Made by a program: the position numbers and the translations under genes
Virus record (IMG/VR): IMGVR_UViG_3300037541_000696
Span: 1 to 64,000 of that record
Origin: a virus
Length of the DNA stretch: 64,000 nt
Direction: 5' to 3' (one strand)
The notes under the pieces: model-generated
The model's database searches: none
Seen by the model: only the letters and a program-made list of their open reading frames with translations
Told to the model about the DNA's origin: nothing
Shown here: positions 46,302-55,329 of the stretch, piece by piece
Numbering within the stretch: the stretch's first letter is position 1
How the letters are laid out: each line of letters begins with the position of its first letter

Positions 46302-46697
46302 CTAGATTCTTTGCCAGCACCTTTGAGTGAAAGCATTGGCCTGCTCAAATTGATGGTCCAGCGCTCGACCCACCGTGCCATGATATAGCAACAAGACCCA
46401 CTCATATCCAATTTTTTCTATTTCTTCCTTCGATAAAATTACTCCTTCGGGAGTTCTGTCTTTCAGCTTAAAACAGAGAAGGCGGTCTCCCGGCTTAGGG
46501 ATCACTTGAATGCGGGAGACGGGAATCGTTCTTCCCAAAAGCCCGCCCATAAGGGCCGCTGTAGAATGATGACCAACAGCAGACTCCCACTCGAACTCTT
46601 GAAGATTGAGCTTTGCCGATTCCAAGTGGATAGCAATCGCTTCCCAGATGCCGTCACATCCTGAAGGGATAACGGTTGTATTCATTACGTAAAGCAT
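46302..46697 (-). CDS. acrIII-1: DUF1874/STIV B116 family; AcrIII-1-like cA4 ring nuclease
   Basis: MLYVMN, SAVGHHSTA, SRIQV..PGDRLL..L..RTPEG.IL..EEI. Confidence 0.85.
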   Translation of the reverse strand: MLYVMNTTVIPSGCDGIWEAIAIHLESAKLNLQEFEWESAVGHHSTAALMGGLLGRTIPVSRIQVIPKPGDRLLCFKLKDRTPEGVILSKEEIEKIGYEWVLLLYHGTVGRALDHQFEQANAFTQRCWQRI

Positions 46698-46740
46698 GGC
46701 GAAAATGGTTAATGAGTGTGGTTAAGAGTTGGAGATTAAA

Positions 46741-46914
46741 TTAGCGCCGGTTTCGGTTGTATTCAGGATAAGTGCCTTTGCGCTTTTCTTTCTCTGCAAC
46801 GCGTTGATCTTGGGTAAGGTAAAGACCCAAGCTAATCACAAAGTATAACCAATAGACCACGGCAAAAATAGCCAGTGCGCCTACAACTGCAAGAAAATTA
46901 AGCAAAATGGTCAT
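46741..46914 (-). CDS. Small membrane protein (57 aa, not in ORF track)
   Basis: MTILLNFLAVVGALAIFAVVYWLYFV... Confidence 0.55.
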   Translation of the reverse strand: MTILLNFLAVVGALAIFAVVYWLYFVISLGLYLTQDQRVAEKEKRKGTYPEYNRNRR

Positions 46915-46956
46915 GGGTCTGTGGCGAGGTGTGGATGATGGGATGTGGTGCGCTAC

Positions 46957-47184
46957 TCAGGCAACAAGGGTGTAGTTGTCAATGTCTTCAATGGGCACAA
47001 CGCGCCATTCCTCTCCGGGATTGGTGCCGATGCCACATTCACGCAACTCTCGCGCTACGACCTCAGCATCCTCAACCGTGGGCCATTCGTTAACGGCAAC
47101 TCGATAGACAATGGCATCAGCGTTAACGCCATTACCAAGGGGGTCGGTCCAACCGTCATGAGTGAAAAGTAGCAGGGCGAACAT
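46957..47184 (-). CDS. Hypothetical early protein
   Basis: Start re-assigned to MFALLL; first gene after promoter 47295-47344. Confidence 0.55.
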   Translation of the reverse strand: MFALLLFTHDGWTDPLGNGVNADAIVYRVAVNEWPTVEDAEVVARELRECGIGTNPGEEWRVVPIEDIDNYTLVA

Positions 47185-47294
47185 GATCAAAACGCAAGGG
47201 AAAATGGTGTGCAGAGATTGCCGACTGCTTGGCAGGCTCCCTGCGGGCCAGGGGCTGAGCCCCGGAGGAGGCCCGTTGGCCTCCCGATGGACAC

Positions 47295-47344
47295 ACCATA
47301 CCCACCGCACACCCCAACCACTCACTTCTGTTGTAAACCGTCAC
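47295..47344 (-). promoter_or_regulatory. Early-type promoter with HLR1-like tandem repeat
   Basis: GTGACGGT-tt-ACAACAGA, TATGGT 34 bp downstream. Confidence 0.6.
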
Positions 47345-47598
47345 AAACCTCGATAACCGTATCACTGTGCTACACTTCCGCAAAGATCACATCATAGTTT
47401 ATGGATGAAAAGTTTTTGCGTGAATTTAAGAAGGTTTCGCGCAATCTTTATGGCGCCGCTTGGCGTGTTGCAAATGGGACGCATATTACAAGAAAAGAAA
47501 TAGATGAAGACATGGCTGGGCTTAGAGCAGCAGTGACCGCGTACGGTAATCTGGTGCATTCTGAAGCTAAGCCTCAATAGGCGTGATATAATGAAGTG

Positions 47599-47702
47599 GT
47601 GGGACGGAGTGCGAATCCCCGACGGTCGCCCTAGGCCGGCGAATGAGAGGTTCGACTCCTCGCGGTCCACTGCGGGTCGCACGACTGGCGCTTTCGTCCC
47701 AC
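47599..47702 (+). ncRNA. Structured tRNA-like (T-loop) RNA/leader upstream of thyX
   Basis: TATAAT at 47587; closing stem GTGGGACG/CGTCCCAC; internal TCGCC/GGCGA and GAGG-TTCGACT-CCTC hairpins. Confidence 0.6.
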
Positions 47703-47721
47703 AAACATTATCACTTCCAGT

Positions 47722-49440
47722 ATGGATCCACTTTTTCGCGTTGAAGTCATCGCGCAAACGCCTAATCCTCAGCAATGCATGTACGCTGCAATGCATCAGG
47801 ATTACAGTGAAGGTTTTGTGTATGATGAGCGTGATAAATGGCCGGATGAAACTAAAGCTGGGGAGATCTGTGTAAATAGACTATTGAAAGGAGAACGTGG
47901 GCACTATGGGTGCTATTCAAGTGATACTGAAGTTTTAACTTCTGAGGGTTGGCTCGATTGGCCTAGTGTTACCGCGTCATCTATGCTTGCAGCAGTCGAT
48001 ATTCATACTAATCTAATTTCATTTGAAAAACCTACAGCGCTTCAAAAAGTACAACTTAATGCGGGCGACAAGCTTTATAGTCTTGTTAGTCAAAAGCTAG
48101 ATATATTAGTAACACTTGATCACCGTATGGTAATAACTACAAAAAAACAAGGAAACAATTGGACTGAGCCGTTTTTTGCTTCCGCCAGTGAGGTGGCGGG
48201 CAGGGCTGTTCGCTATAGGCTTGCTGGTAAACTAAAAACACGACATGTTCCTTCGCATTGCCCAAGCGGAGTTGACTTGGTTTCATTGTTTAAGCTTGCA
48301 GGGTTTTTCTATGGTGACGGATGCAGGTCTAACAATATAAATCCAGGATGTCTTCGCTTTCGCCTCAGAAGGGCGAGAAAAATAGCTTATCTCAAAAGTC
48401 TAGGCTTTCATATTGATCAAATGCAGTCTGATAGATTCACGTTAAGAGAAAAAGAAGTGTCTCAATGGGTGCATAAATACTTTACTCATGAAAACGGTAA
48501 GGCGATACCTTCATTTATCATGCATTTACCTAGCGGTCTTTTTGATGCTTTTGCAGATGGATTAAAAAACAGCGATGGGACACTATCAAATGATACATGG
48601 TGTTTTGATTCAAAAGAAAAAAAATCTCTTGATATTTTGCAAGCCGCTTTTCATCTTAATGATAAGCTTGCGTCTTTTTCTTTAAATAATCCAAACGAAG
48701 GAGTTGGGCATGAAAATCATGCTCCTTGCTGGAGGATATATATTTCATCACGCGAGCCATACGCCAGAAGCGAAGTTAATCAAAAAGGAAGAACCCGTGG
48801 ATCAGAGCAGTTAATAAATTATCAAGGGTATGTTTACTGTGCAACTATTTCCACAGGCGCTTTACTCGTAAGGCGAAACAATAAGCCATTTATTTCTGGA
48901 AACTGTTTAGAACATCCACAAATTATCCTTAACTGCGGACACTTTCCGCACTCCGTGATGCAACAAGCTCGGACACACAGAGTAGGCGTGAGTATGGATT
49001 GTCAGTCAATGCGCTATACCGGTGATCGCATTTGCAAAGCCGCCAACGGTGAATTGCCTCTTGAAGAAGTATTCTACTTGCGTCCATTAGGTCATTATAC
49101 CGACCGTCAAGGCAAAAAATATGAATACACCAGTAATCATCGCGCAAAAGATCTTTGGCTTTGCAAATTTGCCGCTGAACGCTATCGCGATCTTCTGTCG
49201 CAAGGTTTTGCTGAAGAACACGCACGCGGAATCCTTCCTTTTGATTATAGGCAACATTTTGTAGTCAGCTTTAACGCAAGGTCATTTATGCACTTCCTAG
49301 ACCTACGCGCAAAGCTTGATGCTCAGCTAGAGATCCGTCAGCTATGTGACTTAATGTGGCCGCACTTTAAGGCTTGGGTGCCGCAGATTGCGGAATGGTA
49401 TGAACAGGCCAGGCTGCATAAGGCACGGTTGGCGCCATAG
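47722..49440 (+). CDS. thyX: Flavin-dependent thymidylate synthase with intein
   Basis: HYG|..|CLEH, QARTHR, QSMRY, EHARGILP, LDLRAKLDAQLEIR. Confidence 0.95.
   Translation: MDPLFRVEVIAQTPNPQQCMYAAMHQDYSEGFVYDERDKWPDETKAGEICVNRLLKGERGHYGCYSSDTEVLTSEGWLDWPSVTASSMLAAVDIHTNLISFEKPTALQKVQLNAGDKLYSLVSQKLDILVTLDHRMVITTKKQGNNWTEPFFASASEVAGRAVRYRLAGKLKTRHVPSHCPSGVDLVSLFKLAGFFYGDGCRSNNINPGCLRFRLRRARKIAYLKSLGFHIDQMQSDRFTLREKEVSQWVHKYFTHENGKAIPSFIMHLPSGLFDAFADGLKNSDGTLSNDTWCFDSKEKKSLDILQAAFHLNDKLASFSLNNPNEGVGHENHAPCWRIYISSREPYARSEVNQKGRTRGSEQLINYQGYVYCATISTGALLVRRNNKPFISGNCLEHPQIILNCGHFPHSVMQQARTHRVGVSMDCQSMRYTGDRICKAANGELPLEEVFYLRPLGHYTDRQGKKYEYTSNHRAKDLWLCKFAAERYRDLLSQGFAEEHARGILPFDYRQHFVVSFNARSFMHFLDLRAKLDAQLEIRQLCDLMWPHFKAWVPQIAEWYEQARLHKARLAP
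47911..48903 (+). mobile_element. Intein (331 aa) with LAGLIDADG-type endonuclease
   Basis: Starts CYSSDTEVLT; block B VTLDHRM; LAGFFYGDG and GLKNSDG; ends ISGN before Cys+1. Confidence 0.95.
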
Positions 49441-49445
49441 GAATT

Positions 49446-49495
49446 GTTTCGTTATGTAACCAATCAGCGGAATAACTGCCTAACCAAGCTACGCT
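49446..49495 (+). promoter_or_regulatory. Early-type promoter with HLR1-like tandem repeat
   Basis: GTTTCGTT-at-GTAACCAA, TACGCT 34 bp downstream. Confidence 0.5.
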
Positions 49496-49540
49496 TTGCA
49501 ATAGAAGGCGACACTTTTCAACCGCTTTCAAAATACAACA

Positions 49541-49915
49541 ATGAATTACAATTTCACCATCAGCGACGTCATGAATTTTGCTGAGTCTAAATCTAGTATT
49601 TTAGGCTGGAAAGCGTTTGGATGGGAAAAAGTTGGTGATGATTCAATCGTCACAGGATCAGTTCCAACCGGCACCTATCGCTCAGGGCCACGCAAAGGTA
49701 GGCCAAAATTTGCCGGCCCGGAATCCAAGGTCATAGTTACAAGAGCTGAGCTTGAAGCCCATGCAGCCGCCCACGAATCAAACACTGGCAAGTGCTGGGA
49801 TTGCAAAGGATCGGGCCAGACGATTGCTGGATGGAGCAAAGACAATGGCACTCGATATGAGACGTGTTCACGATGCAAGGGAACAGGCATCGTTTCAATA
49901 TCAGACGCAAGTTAA
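49541..49915 (+). CDS. Protein with DnaJ-type CxxCxGxG zinc finger
   Basis: CWDCKGSG...CSRCKGTG. Confidence 0.75.
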   Translation: MNYNFTISDVMNFAESKSSILGWKAFGWEKVGDDSIVTGSVPTGTYRSGPRKGRPKFAGPESKVIVTRAELEAHAAAHESNTGKCWDCKGSGQTIAGWSKDNGTRYETCSRCKGTGIVSISDAS

Positions 49916-49916
49916 A

Positions 49917-49948
49917 TAAAAAAGGGGGCGTAATTGCCCCCTTTTTTA
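49917..49948. terminator. Bidirectional intrinsic terminator
   Basis: A6-GGGGGC-gtaatt-GCCCCC-T6. Confidence 0.85.
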
Positions 49949-50012
49949 TTTGAGAAAGCAGTAATCAGTGCTCATTTTTGTGAATCAGCGAGTTCAGTGA
50001 TTTAATCTGGTG

Positions 50013-50405
50013 TCATGATTGCACGGGCATCAATCCAACCTTAGCATTTATGGCGGAATTCCTAAGCAGTGCATTAAATGTTTTGAATTGACCGGTTGAC
50101 CATGCTTGGTGGTCGGGTCTTGGTTTAAACTCAAACACGGAAACAATAGATTGGTCAATATTAAGCTCAATTCTAAGTCCTATCATGTGATCTGCAATGC
50201 AATCACAGTGATATCCACGAACAACATTCATTCCGTCGTTATTACTAGCAAAAAATGAACTACAGTAACTAAGCACGGTATTTATAGAAATATCTGCACT
50301 TACCTGAGATTTCAAGCCTGATTCTTGATAAGCAAGAAAAAAATAATGTTGCGCAAGAGTATCAAACTTGTCGGCGTTGATCTTGTACCTAATCGCGTAA
50401 GCCAT
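50013..50405 (-). CDS. Hypothetical protein
   Basis: ORF; start uncertain. Confidence 0.5.
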   Translation of the reverse strand: MAYAIRYKINADKFDTLAQHYFFLAYQESGLKSQVSADISINTVLSYCSSFFASNNDGMNVVRGYHCDCIADHMIGLRIELNIDQSIVSVFEFKPRPDHQAWSTGQFKTFNALLRNSAINAKVGLMPVQS

Positions 50406-50477
50406 AATACTTTTGTGGAAACTCAGTGCTTCCAATAGTTGCATCATAAGCAATGCGGCGACAGGTGAAACGCGTTG

Positions 50478-50930
50478 TTACAAAACTTGATCAGGACGCT
50501 GCAGCTGAGATTCCATCCGCGATACGGCCAAGGAGAGCCTCTGCTCTCTCTGCTCGCCTTTCTGCCTCCTCTCTTCCCTCTCTTGCTTCATTGATTGCAG
50601 CAATAAGGAGAGTTTTTTGTTCTGTGAGGAGATCTTTTTGTTCTGCGATTCTATTTTCTGCCTTAATTCTGTCTCTGTTGTTACTGCTGATTGCATTCTT
50701 GAAATAGCCAAATCGGTATCATTTGACTCAATAATTGCAGCCATGTCTTCATTAAATTTTTTCTTTCTCTCCGCAGCCTCTTTGTCGTACTTTATTTGTC
50801 TAATCACAAGAATAGGTGGCACGATGACAAGACATGCGCAAGCGATGATAAAGTCAGGTGAAATGCTCATAGTTGCTAAAGCAAAGGACAAAAGTGCAAG
50901 ATGCGACAAAAGAATAATAGCACAAATCAA
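50478..50930 (-). CDS. Membrane protein with coiled coil
   Basis: Hydrophobic N-terminus, charged coiled coil. Confidence 0.6.
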   Translation of the reverse strand: MICAIILLSHLALLSFALATMSISPDFIIACACLVIVPPILVIRQIKYDKEAAERKKKFNEDMAAIIESNDTDLAISRMQSAVTTETELRQKIESQNKKISSQNKKLSLLLQSMKQEREERRQKGEQREQRLSLAVSRMESQLQRPDQVL

Positions 50931-51374
50931 TCAAAACGGCTCTAATGGAATCAACGTAATCAACACCCCCGGCAGCTCGTTCTCTACGCAATAACGCTTA
51001 CTTGTGTTGCCATCCACAATATAGCTATCATCACGATAAAGAACACCGGTCAAAGCGTCACCTATGGCACGCAACAGCTTATCCCTATCTGGGCGTGCTG
51101 TCATGTATTTAGGCGCATTAGACCTTAAGCCTTTCTTGTTGAAATGTGACTTAGGCCTTTGAAACATAAAAACAACGCTCATTGATACAGCACCTTCTAT
51201 CATTTGTGCGTCAAGATCTATTGCAACGCTGGCTACAAGATCACGCCATTCCTTTAGCTGCTTGCATGTTTCAATTAAAACAGCTCTTCCATCATGACCT
51301 TTGCCGACATATTTCTTTGAGCCTTGCGGCATGGGATTCATTCCGCGCACTTGAAAAGTGATTGATTCAGGCAT
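50931..51374 (-). CDS. rusA: RusA-family Holliday junction resolvase
   Basis: PQGSK, RPKSH, RPDRDKLLRAIGDALTG.LYRDDS. Confidence 0.9.
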   Translation of the reverse strand: MPESITFQVRGMNPMPQGSKKYVGKGHDGRAVLIETCKQLKEWRDLVASVAIDLDAQMIEGAVSMSVVFMFQRPKSHFNKKGLRSNAPKYMTARPDRDKLLRAIGDALTGVLYRDDSYIVDGNTSKRYCVENELPGVLITLIPLEPF

Positions 51375-51399
51375 AAAGATCAGCGCTTTAATCTTAACA

Positions 51400-51774
51400 T
51401 TATAGCCATATTATAGGCTCAGGCCGCATCCGCAATCGACTGTTTTCTTCAGTTAATGCCGTCAATTGCGATTTAAGACTTGCGTTGTCTTGCTTCAGTG
51501 TTAAATTAGCAAGCACTAATCTTTTGGCTGCTTTGTTGTATTCTCTACCTTTAAGCGCCAGACTTTTTAAACAGGCTACATACAGTTTATTCATGATATG
51601 CACAATATCGCCTTTGAACTGAGGATATTCATTCTTTAGCTTGCCTGCAAAATCTCTCATCATGCAATCTTCTATCCATCCGTGCTTTTCAAACAAATCA
51701 TGATCTTCTATGATTTGCCATAGATCGGCTTCCAGTAGTGCATTTTTAGCGATGAAATCATCAAACAAGGTCAT
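51400..51774 (-). CDS. Hypothetical coiled-coil protein
   Basis: ORF in replication operon. Confidence 0.6.
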   Translation of the reverse strand: MTLFDDFIAKNALLEADLWQIIEDHDLFEKHGWIEDCMMRDFAGKLKNEYPQFKGDIVHIMNKLYVACLKSLALKGREYNKAAKRLVLANLTLKQDNASLKSQLTALTEENSRLRMRPEPIIWL

Positions 51775-51943
51775 TTGCTTTGTTGCGAAGTTTTGTTATG
51801 TTTTTAACAATATGTCTAACCGTGCGCTTGTTTAGCTTGCCAGGTTTTGCGAAGCTTTTGATTGTTCGTGATTGATTGATCAGCGACAATAAAACAGCAA
51901 ACAAACACCAAATACAAATCAAAGCAAAAAATATCGTCGTCAT
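51761..51943 (-). CDS. Small membrane protein
   Basis: N-terminal TM; coupled. Confidence 0.5.
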   Translation of the reverse strand: MTTIFFALICIWCLFAVLLSLINQSRTIKSFAKPGKLNKRTVRHIVKNITKLRNKANDLV

Positions 51944-52815
51944 AATTGTGTACCAAAAGTAAACTTTACATTGCGCTTACGATTGACAATATCTAGCATA
52001 CCTTCCGCCCAAATGTTCTCACCGCCCTTGCCTGCGCGGTAGGACGCCTTGTGCGCCTCGCCGACTAACGCCCTTGCGCCAATTTCTTTTAATCTTTTAT
52101 ACAACCTTTCGTCTGACAGCCCAACGTCAATCTTTCGATTCAATACAGCCAAGCCAAGAAGCAATATATGATGCAAACTTACATCATCAAGAGATGCCAA
52201 TTCACATGCAACTTTAAAAATCTCCCTGAATTTACCTGGATTTTGATTATAGACTCGCTGGCACGCGGCAATGCAAGTTATAGTTCTTGTTGACCCTGTA
52301 TCAGGCCTGATCACAAAACCATTTTCTTGTGCAGCATCTGCAATTTGCCGTGCCGTACTGTCGCCAGCAATCAATAATGCTTTGAATTTAGTGTAAGCAG
52401 ACACTGCTTTTCGATTTGTATTTATTTCTACAAATGCCGTTGCTTCGTGATGGATGCCTTGTGATTCAAATATCATGCAAGGAAGATGAGTAATATCCGA
52501 CCTTTTCCATGCCGCTAATGTTCTATTTTGACCGTCAACAACTACATATTTACCATTCTGTCGCTCCATAACACTAATCGCTCCGCATGATTCCCAGTTC
52601 CATTCCGCTGCAATGCTTAAAATTTTGCTTGAAACAACATCACGCTGATATGACCTATCAACAAACAAAGATCCCTTTGGGATCCACTTGAATGATCCAG
52701 TGTCGCCAAGCGGGCGCCATTTGTATGTTGTTACCTTGTCAAGTAAGGTATTTCCAAATGCAATTGTTTGTTCAAAACTTGAGTCAAACGAAACAATCTC
52801 AGAAGAAATGCTCAT
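51940..52815 (-). CDS. ParB-like (DUF6551-type) protein
   Basis: VDRSYQR, VVVDGQNR, EATAFVEINT. Confidence 0.75.
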   Translation of the reverse strand: MSISSEIVSFDSSFEQTIAFGNTLLDKVTTYKWRPLGDTGSFKWIPKGSLFVDRSYQRDVVSSKILSIAAEWNWESCGAISVMERQNGKYVVVDGQNRTLAAWKRSDITHLPCMIFESQGIHHEATAFVEINTNRKAVSAYTKFKALLIAGDSTARQIADAAQENGFVIRPDTGSTRTITCIAACQRVYNQNPGKFREIFKVACELASLDDVSLHHILLLGLAVLNRKIDVGLSDERLYKRLKEIGARALVGEAHKASYRAGKGGENIWAEGMLDIVNRKRNVKFTFGTQL

Positions 52816-53411
52816 GGAGCTGTGGCCATGTGTTTCCAAGCCATCCTAGCCAAATTCAACGCGTCAACCCAAGTCTGTAACACTTCGTCACCATTGTGTA
52901 ATTCAACACGGATCTTTTCAGATCCAACCCAAATCACGCTGCACACATCAATCATCACGCCACGATCTGCCAGGGTTGCTACAGCGCCCCCTAGCTCCGC
53001 CCATGGCGCTTCTGGATGGATCCTGGCACCATCAGGCCAAATCGCAAGCAAGCCCAGTCCTTTGCTACCTAAATTTGCTGCAATATCTATTGTAACAGCA
53101 GCTTCATGTTGTGGAATTATTAGATGTATCATTGCGCCTAAAATTTCCATCCTTTCCCATAGCTGATGACTTAACAATGTATCTATCATTGGTCTAACAG
53201 AATTAAATTTAGCGGATGGCTTCCAATTCTTATTTTTTGCGTAATTTATTGCCGCTGCACGTAATAGCTTATTTCTGCCAGAAAAAGACTGATCAATGCC
53301 GTAGCCATCATGAATGATGTTTATTACAGGTTTTAAGACTTTTTCTCCTGCAAGATACAAACCCTCTTCTGGCACGGGTTTTACATCATCGCCATTAAGC
53401 CAATTTACCAT
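52812..53411 (-). CDS. Hypothetical protein
   Basis: Coupled ORF in replication operon. Confidence 0.6.
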   Translation of the reverse strand: MVNWLNGDDVKPVPEEGLYLAGEKVLKPVINIIHDGYGIDQSFSGRNKLLRAAAINYAKNKNWKPSAKFNSVRPMIDTLLSHQLWERMEILGAMIHLIIPQHEAAVTIDIAANLGSKGLGLLAIWPDGARIHPEAPWAELGGAVATLADRGVMIDVCSVIWVGSEKIRVELHNGDEVLQTWVDALNLARMAWKHMATAP

Positions 53412-54097
53412 GGCACTTCATCTCCTTCTGTTGTATTAACCTGGGAAAATCCTGTCTTTTCCGTAATAGCTTGTTCTAGCATTTCTTGCGCTAGCTTTTT
53501 GTTGCGTGCAATCCAGTTATGCGCAACTTTACCAGTGTCAACATTAAGCAGCCAAAATCCGCCTAATGATTGTTCATAGAATTTTTTGCCCTGCAAAAGT
53601 TGCTCTAGTGTCATCGGCTCTATTACACTATCATTTACAAGCGATACTTGCACTTGAAGTGTTCTAAAATGCCTTTGCCATTGCTCTGTTGTCATCTTGC
53701 TCGGATGCCAATATGCACTAGGCGGAAGGCGAAATTCATCATGATTTGGGGCCATAAATTCCTCGCGTTGTGGTGATGGATCATGAAAAATATCTGGATT
53801 GGATATTCGCTCTCTTAAGTCATCTCTAAAGCCACGACTCAGTACAGCGGCGCCATTTTGTAATGGATAAACATATCTAAATAGTTGCATGTGAAAAGCT
53901 ATCTTATCCGGTGGATCAGGATCTAACATTCGTTGTTTGATTGCATATTGCAAAACAACCGGACTTAATTCCTTGATCACCTTATCCGGCAATTGCATAT
54001 ACATTTGCGCTAATGTTACCGTAGATAACTGCCGCATCATTGGCAGCATTTCTAGGGCGCACGCGATTGAACCTGTGAAGTCTTCTTCGCTTATCAT
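53405..54097 (-). CDS. Hypothetical protein, possible helicase-loader partner
   Basis: Directly downstream of replication initiator (position only). Confidence 0.45.
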   Translation of the reverse strand: MISEEDFTGSIACALEMLPMMRQLSTVTLAQMYMQLPDKVIKELSPVVLQYAIKQRMLDPDPPDKIAFHMQLFRYVYPLQNGAAVLSRGFRDDLRERISNPDIFHDPSPQREEFMAPNHDEFRLPPSAYWHPSKMTTEQWQRHFRTLQVQVSLVNDSVIEPMTLEQLLQGKKFYEQSLGGFWLLNVDTGKVAHNWIARNKKLAQEMLEQAITEKTGFSQVNTTEGDEVPW

Positions 54098-54136
54098 ATT
54101 GAAAATTGTTGCAAAATTTGACCATCAAAAAGCACC

Positions 54137-55327
54137 TTAAGAAGGCAACGCGCCACCTAGCGTAGCAAAAAACTCAGCCTCCTCGCGCTTTTGGCGTTCT
54201 TTAAGAAATTTTACCATTTGTGAAGCTTCGTGTGCTTTTTCTAAAACATCTTGACGGCCGTATCTTTGGCGTGCTTTAGGTTGTGATCCACCGCCCATCT
54301 TGATAAAATTGTTTAGAGTAATAGACATCCAACCTTTGCCGTTAATTTTTGCTTTTATTCCAAGGTCACATTGCTCTGATACTGCATCTAAACCACCATT
54401 CACAAAGTCGTTAATTTTTGTTAGTTCTGTGACCAAAAGCTCCCATGCTTGAGGTGTCTTTTTGCCTGCTTTGTGTTGCCAGAATGCTATAATTTTTTCA
54501 GAAACCGGACCAAGCGCCGCAGGAACGTCATCGTTATTAGGGCAAAAAACGGTCGTCCTGGCTTGTGAGGCTCGCTTTTTGACGGGAGCATCAGAAGGGC
54601 CTTCTAGGGGCCTTGGCTGCCCCCATGGTGGTATGGGCTGCTGAGGCTGCTTTTGAACGCCTACAGGGGCTTCCAGGGGCCTCTCAGGAGCTTGTGGCTC
54701 CAGAAATGATGGGTTGCTGATCAGGAAGGTGTTCAAAACGAGGTTTTCCACAGGGTTTTCCACAGGTTGGGGAGAAGGGGCGGTTTTTGGCAGGTCGGGC
54801 GGTGTGTCGCTGACCGCAGGTCGGCGGGGTTGCGCCGAGCCGTGGGGGGGTGTCAAAGGGGGGTTCTGGCTTTCAAGTTTTGTTCTTGTTAAAGGCTTCT
54901 TGTTAGTGTCCCCCCCCATTTGGGGGAGGGGTGGGGTACCCCGTTTGGGGGATCCCCCATTTGGGGGAGGGGTACCCCATTTGGGGGAGGGGTCTACCCG
55001 TGGCCTAATGCGCTCCGCTCTGACGTGGTAAACCGTTGCGGCGCCAGGCCTCTCGTGCCTTTCGATCCATCCCTGATCCACCAAGAACCGCAAGGATCGG
55101 CGAATGTCGTCACCCTTCATGCCGCATTCCTGTTCAAGGGTGGCGATCGTTGGGAACGCCGTATCAGTGGCGCCGGCGTGATGCCAGAGCCATGCGTAGA
55201 CGAAGACCAGCCCCTTTTTGTCCCTTGCGACCGTCAGTAAGTCCAGAGGCACTTGCACAAATGCCGACCGTGCCAACCTGTCGCGAAGACTGCCGTGGTC
55301 GGCTGGCGACGGTTTTGATCGTTTCAT
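54137..55327 (-). CDS. Replication initiator (wHTH, lambda O-like) containing the origin
   Basis: AFPTIATLEQECGM..IRRSLRFLVDQGWIER HTH; internal iterons. Confidence 0.85.
   Translation of the reverse strand: MKRSKPSPADHGSLRDRLARSAFVQVPLDLLTVARDKKGLVFVYAWLWHHAGATDTAFPTIATLEQECGMKGDDIRRSLRFLVDQGWIERHERPGAATVYHVRAERIRPRVDPSPKWGTPPPNGGSPKRGTPPLPQMGGDTNKKPLTRTKLESQNPPLTPPHGSAQPRRPAVSDTPPDLPKTAPSPQPVENPVENLVLNTFLISNPSFLEPQAPERPLEAPVGVQKQPQQPIPPWGQPRPLEGPSDAPVKKRASQARTTVFCPNNDDVPAALGPVSEKIIAFWQHKAGKKTPQAWELLVTELTKINDFVNGGLDAVSEQCDLGIKAKINGKGWMSITLNNFIKMGGGSQPKARQRYGRQDVLEKAHEASQMVKFLKERQKREEAEFFATLGGALPS
54744..54764 (+). promoter_or_regulatory. Two tandem DnaA boxes TTTTCCACA
   Basis: 54744-54752 and 54756-54764, ~150 bp from the iterons. 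Confidence 0.65.
54910..54993. repeat. Replication origin iterons CCCCATTTGGGGGAGGGGT (3 exact + 1 variant)
   Basis: Copies at 54914, 54939 (variant), 54955, 54975. Confidence 0.85.
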
Positions 55328-55329
55328 GG

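Noticed and set aside
47599-47702. Calling this a bona fide tRNA-Pro(AGG)
   Set aside because: No D-arm, no 7-bp acceptor stem, 4-bp T-stem and C at position 37; kept as a tRNA-like RNA.
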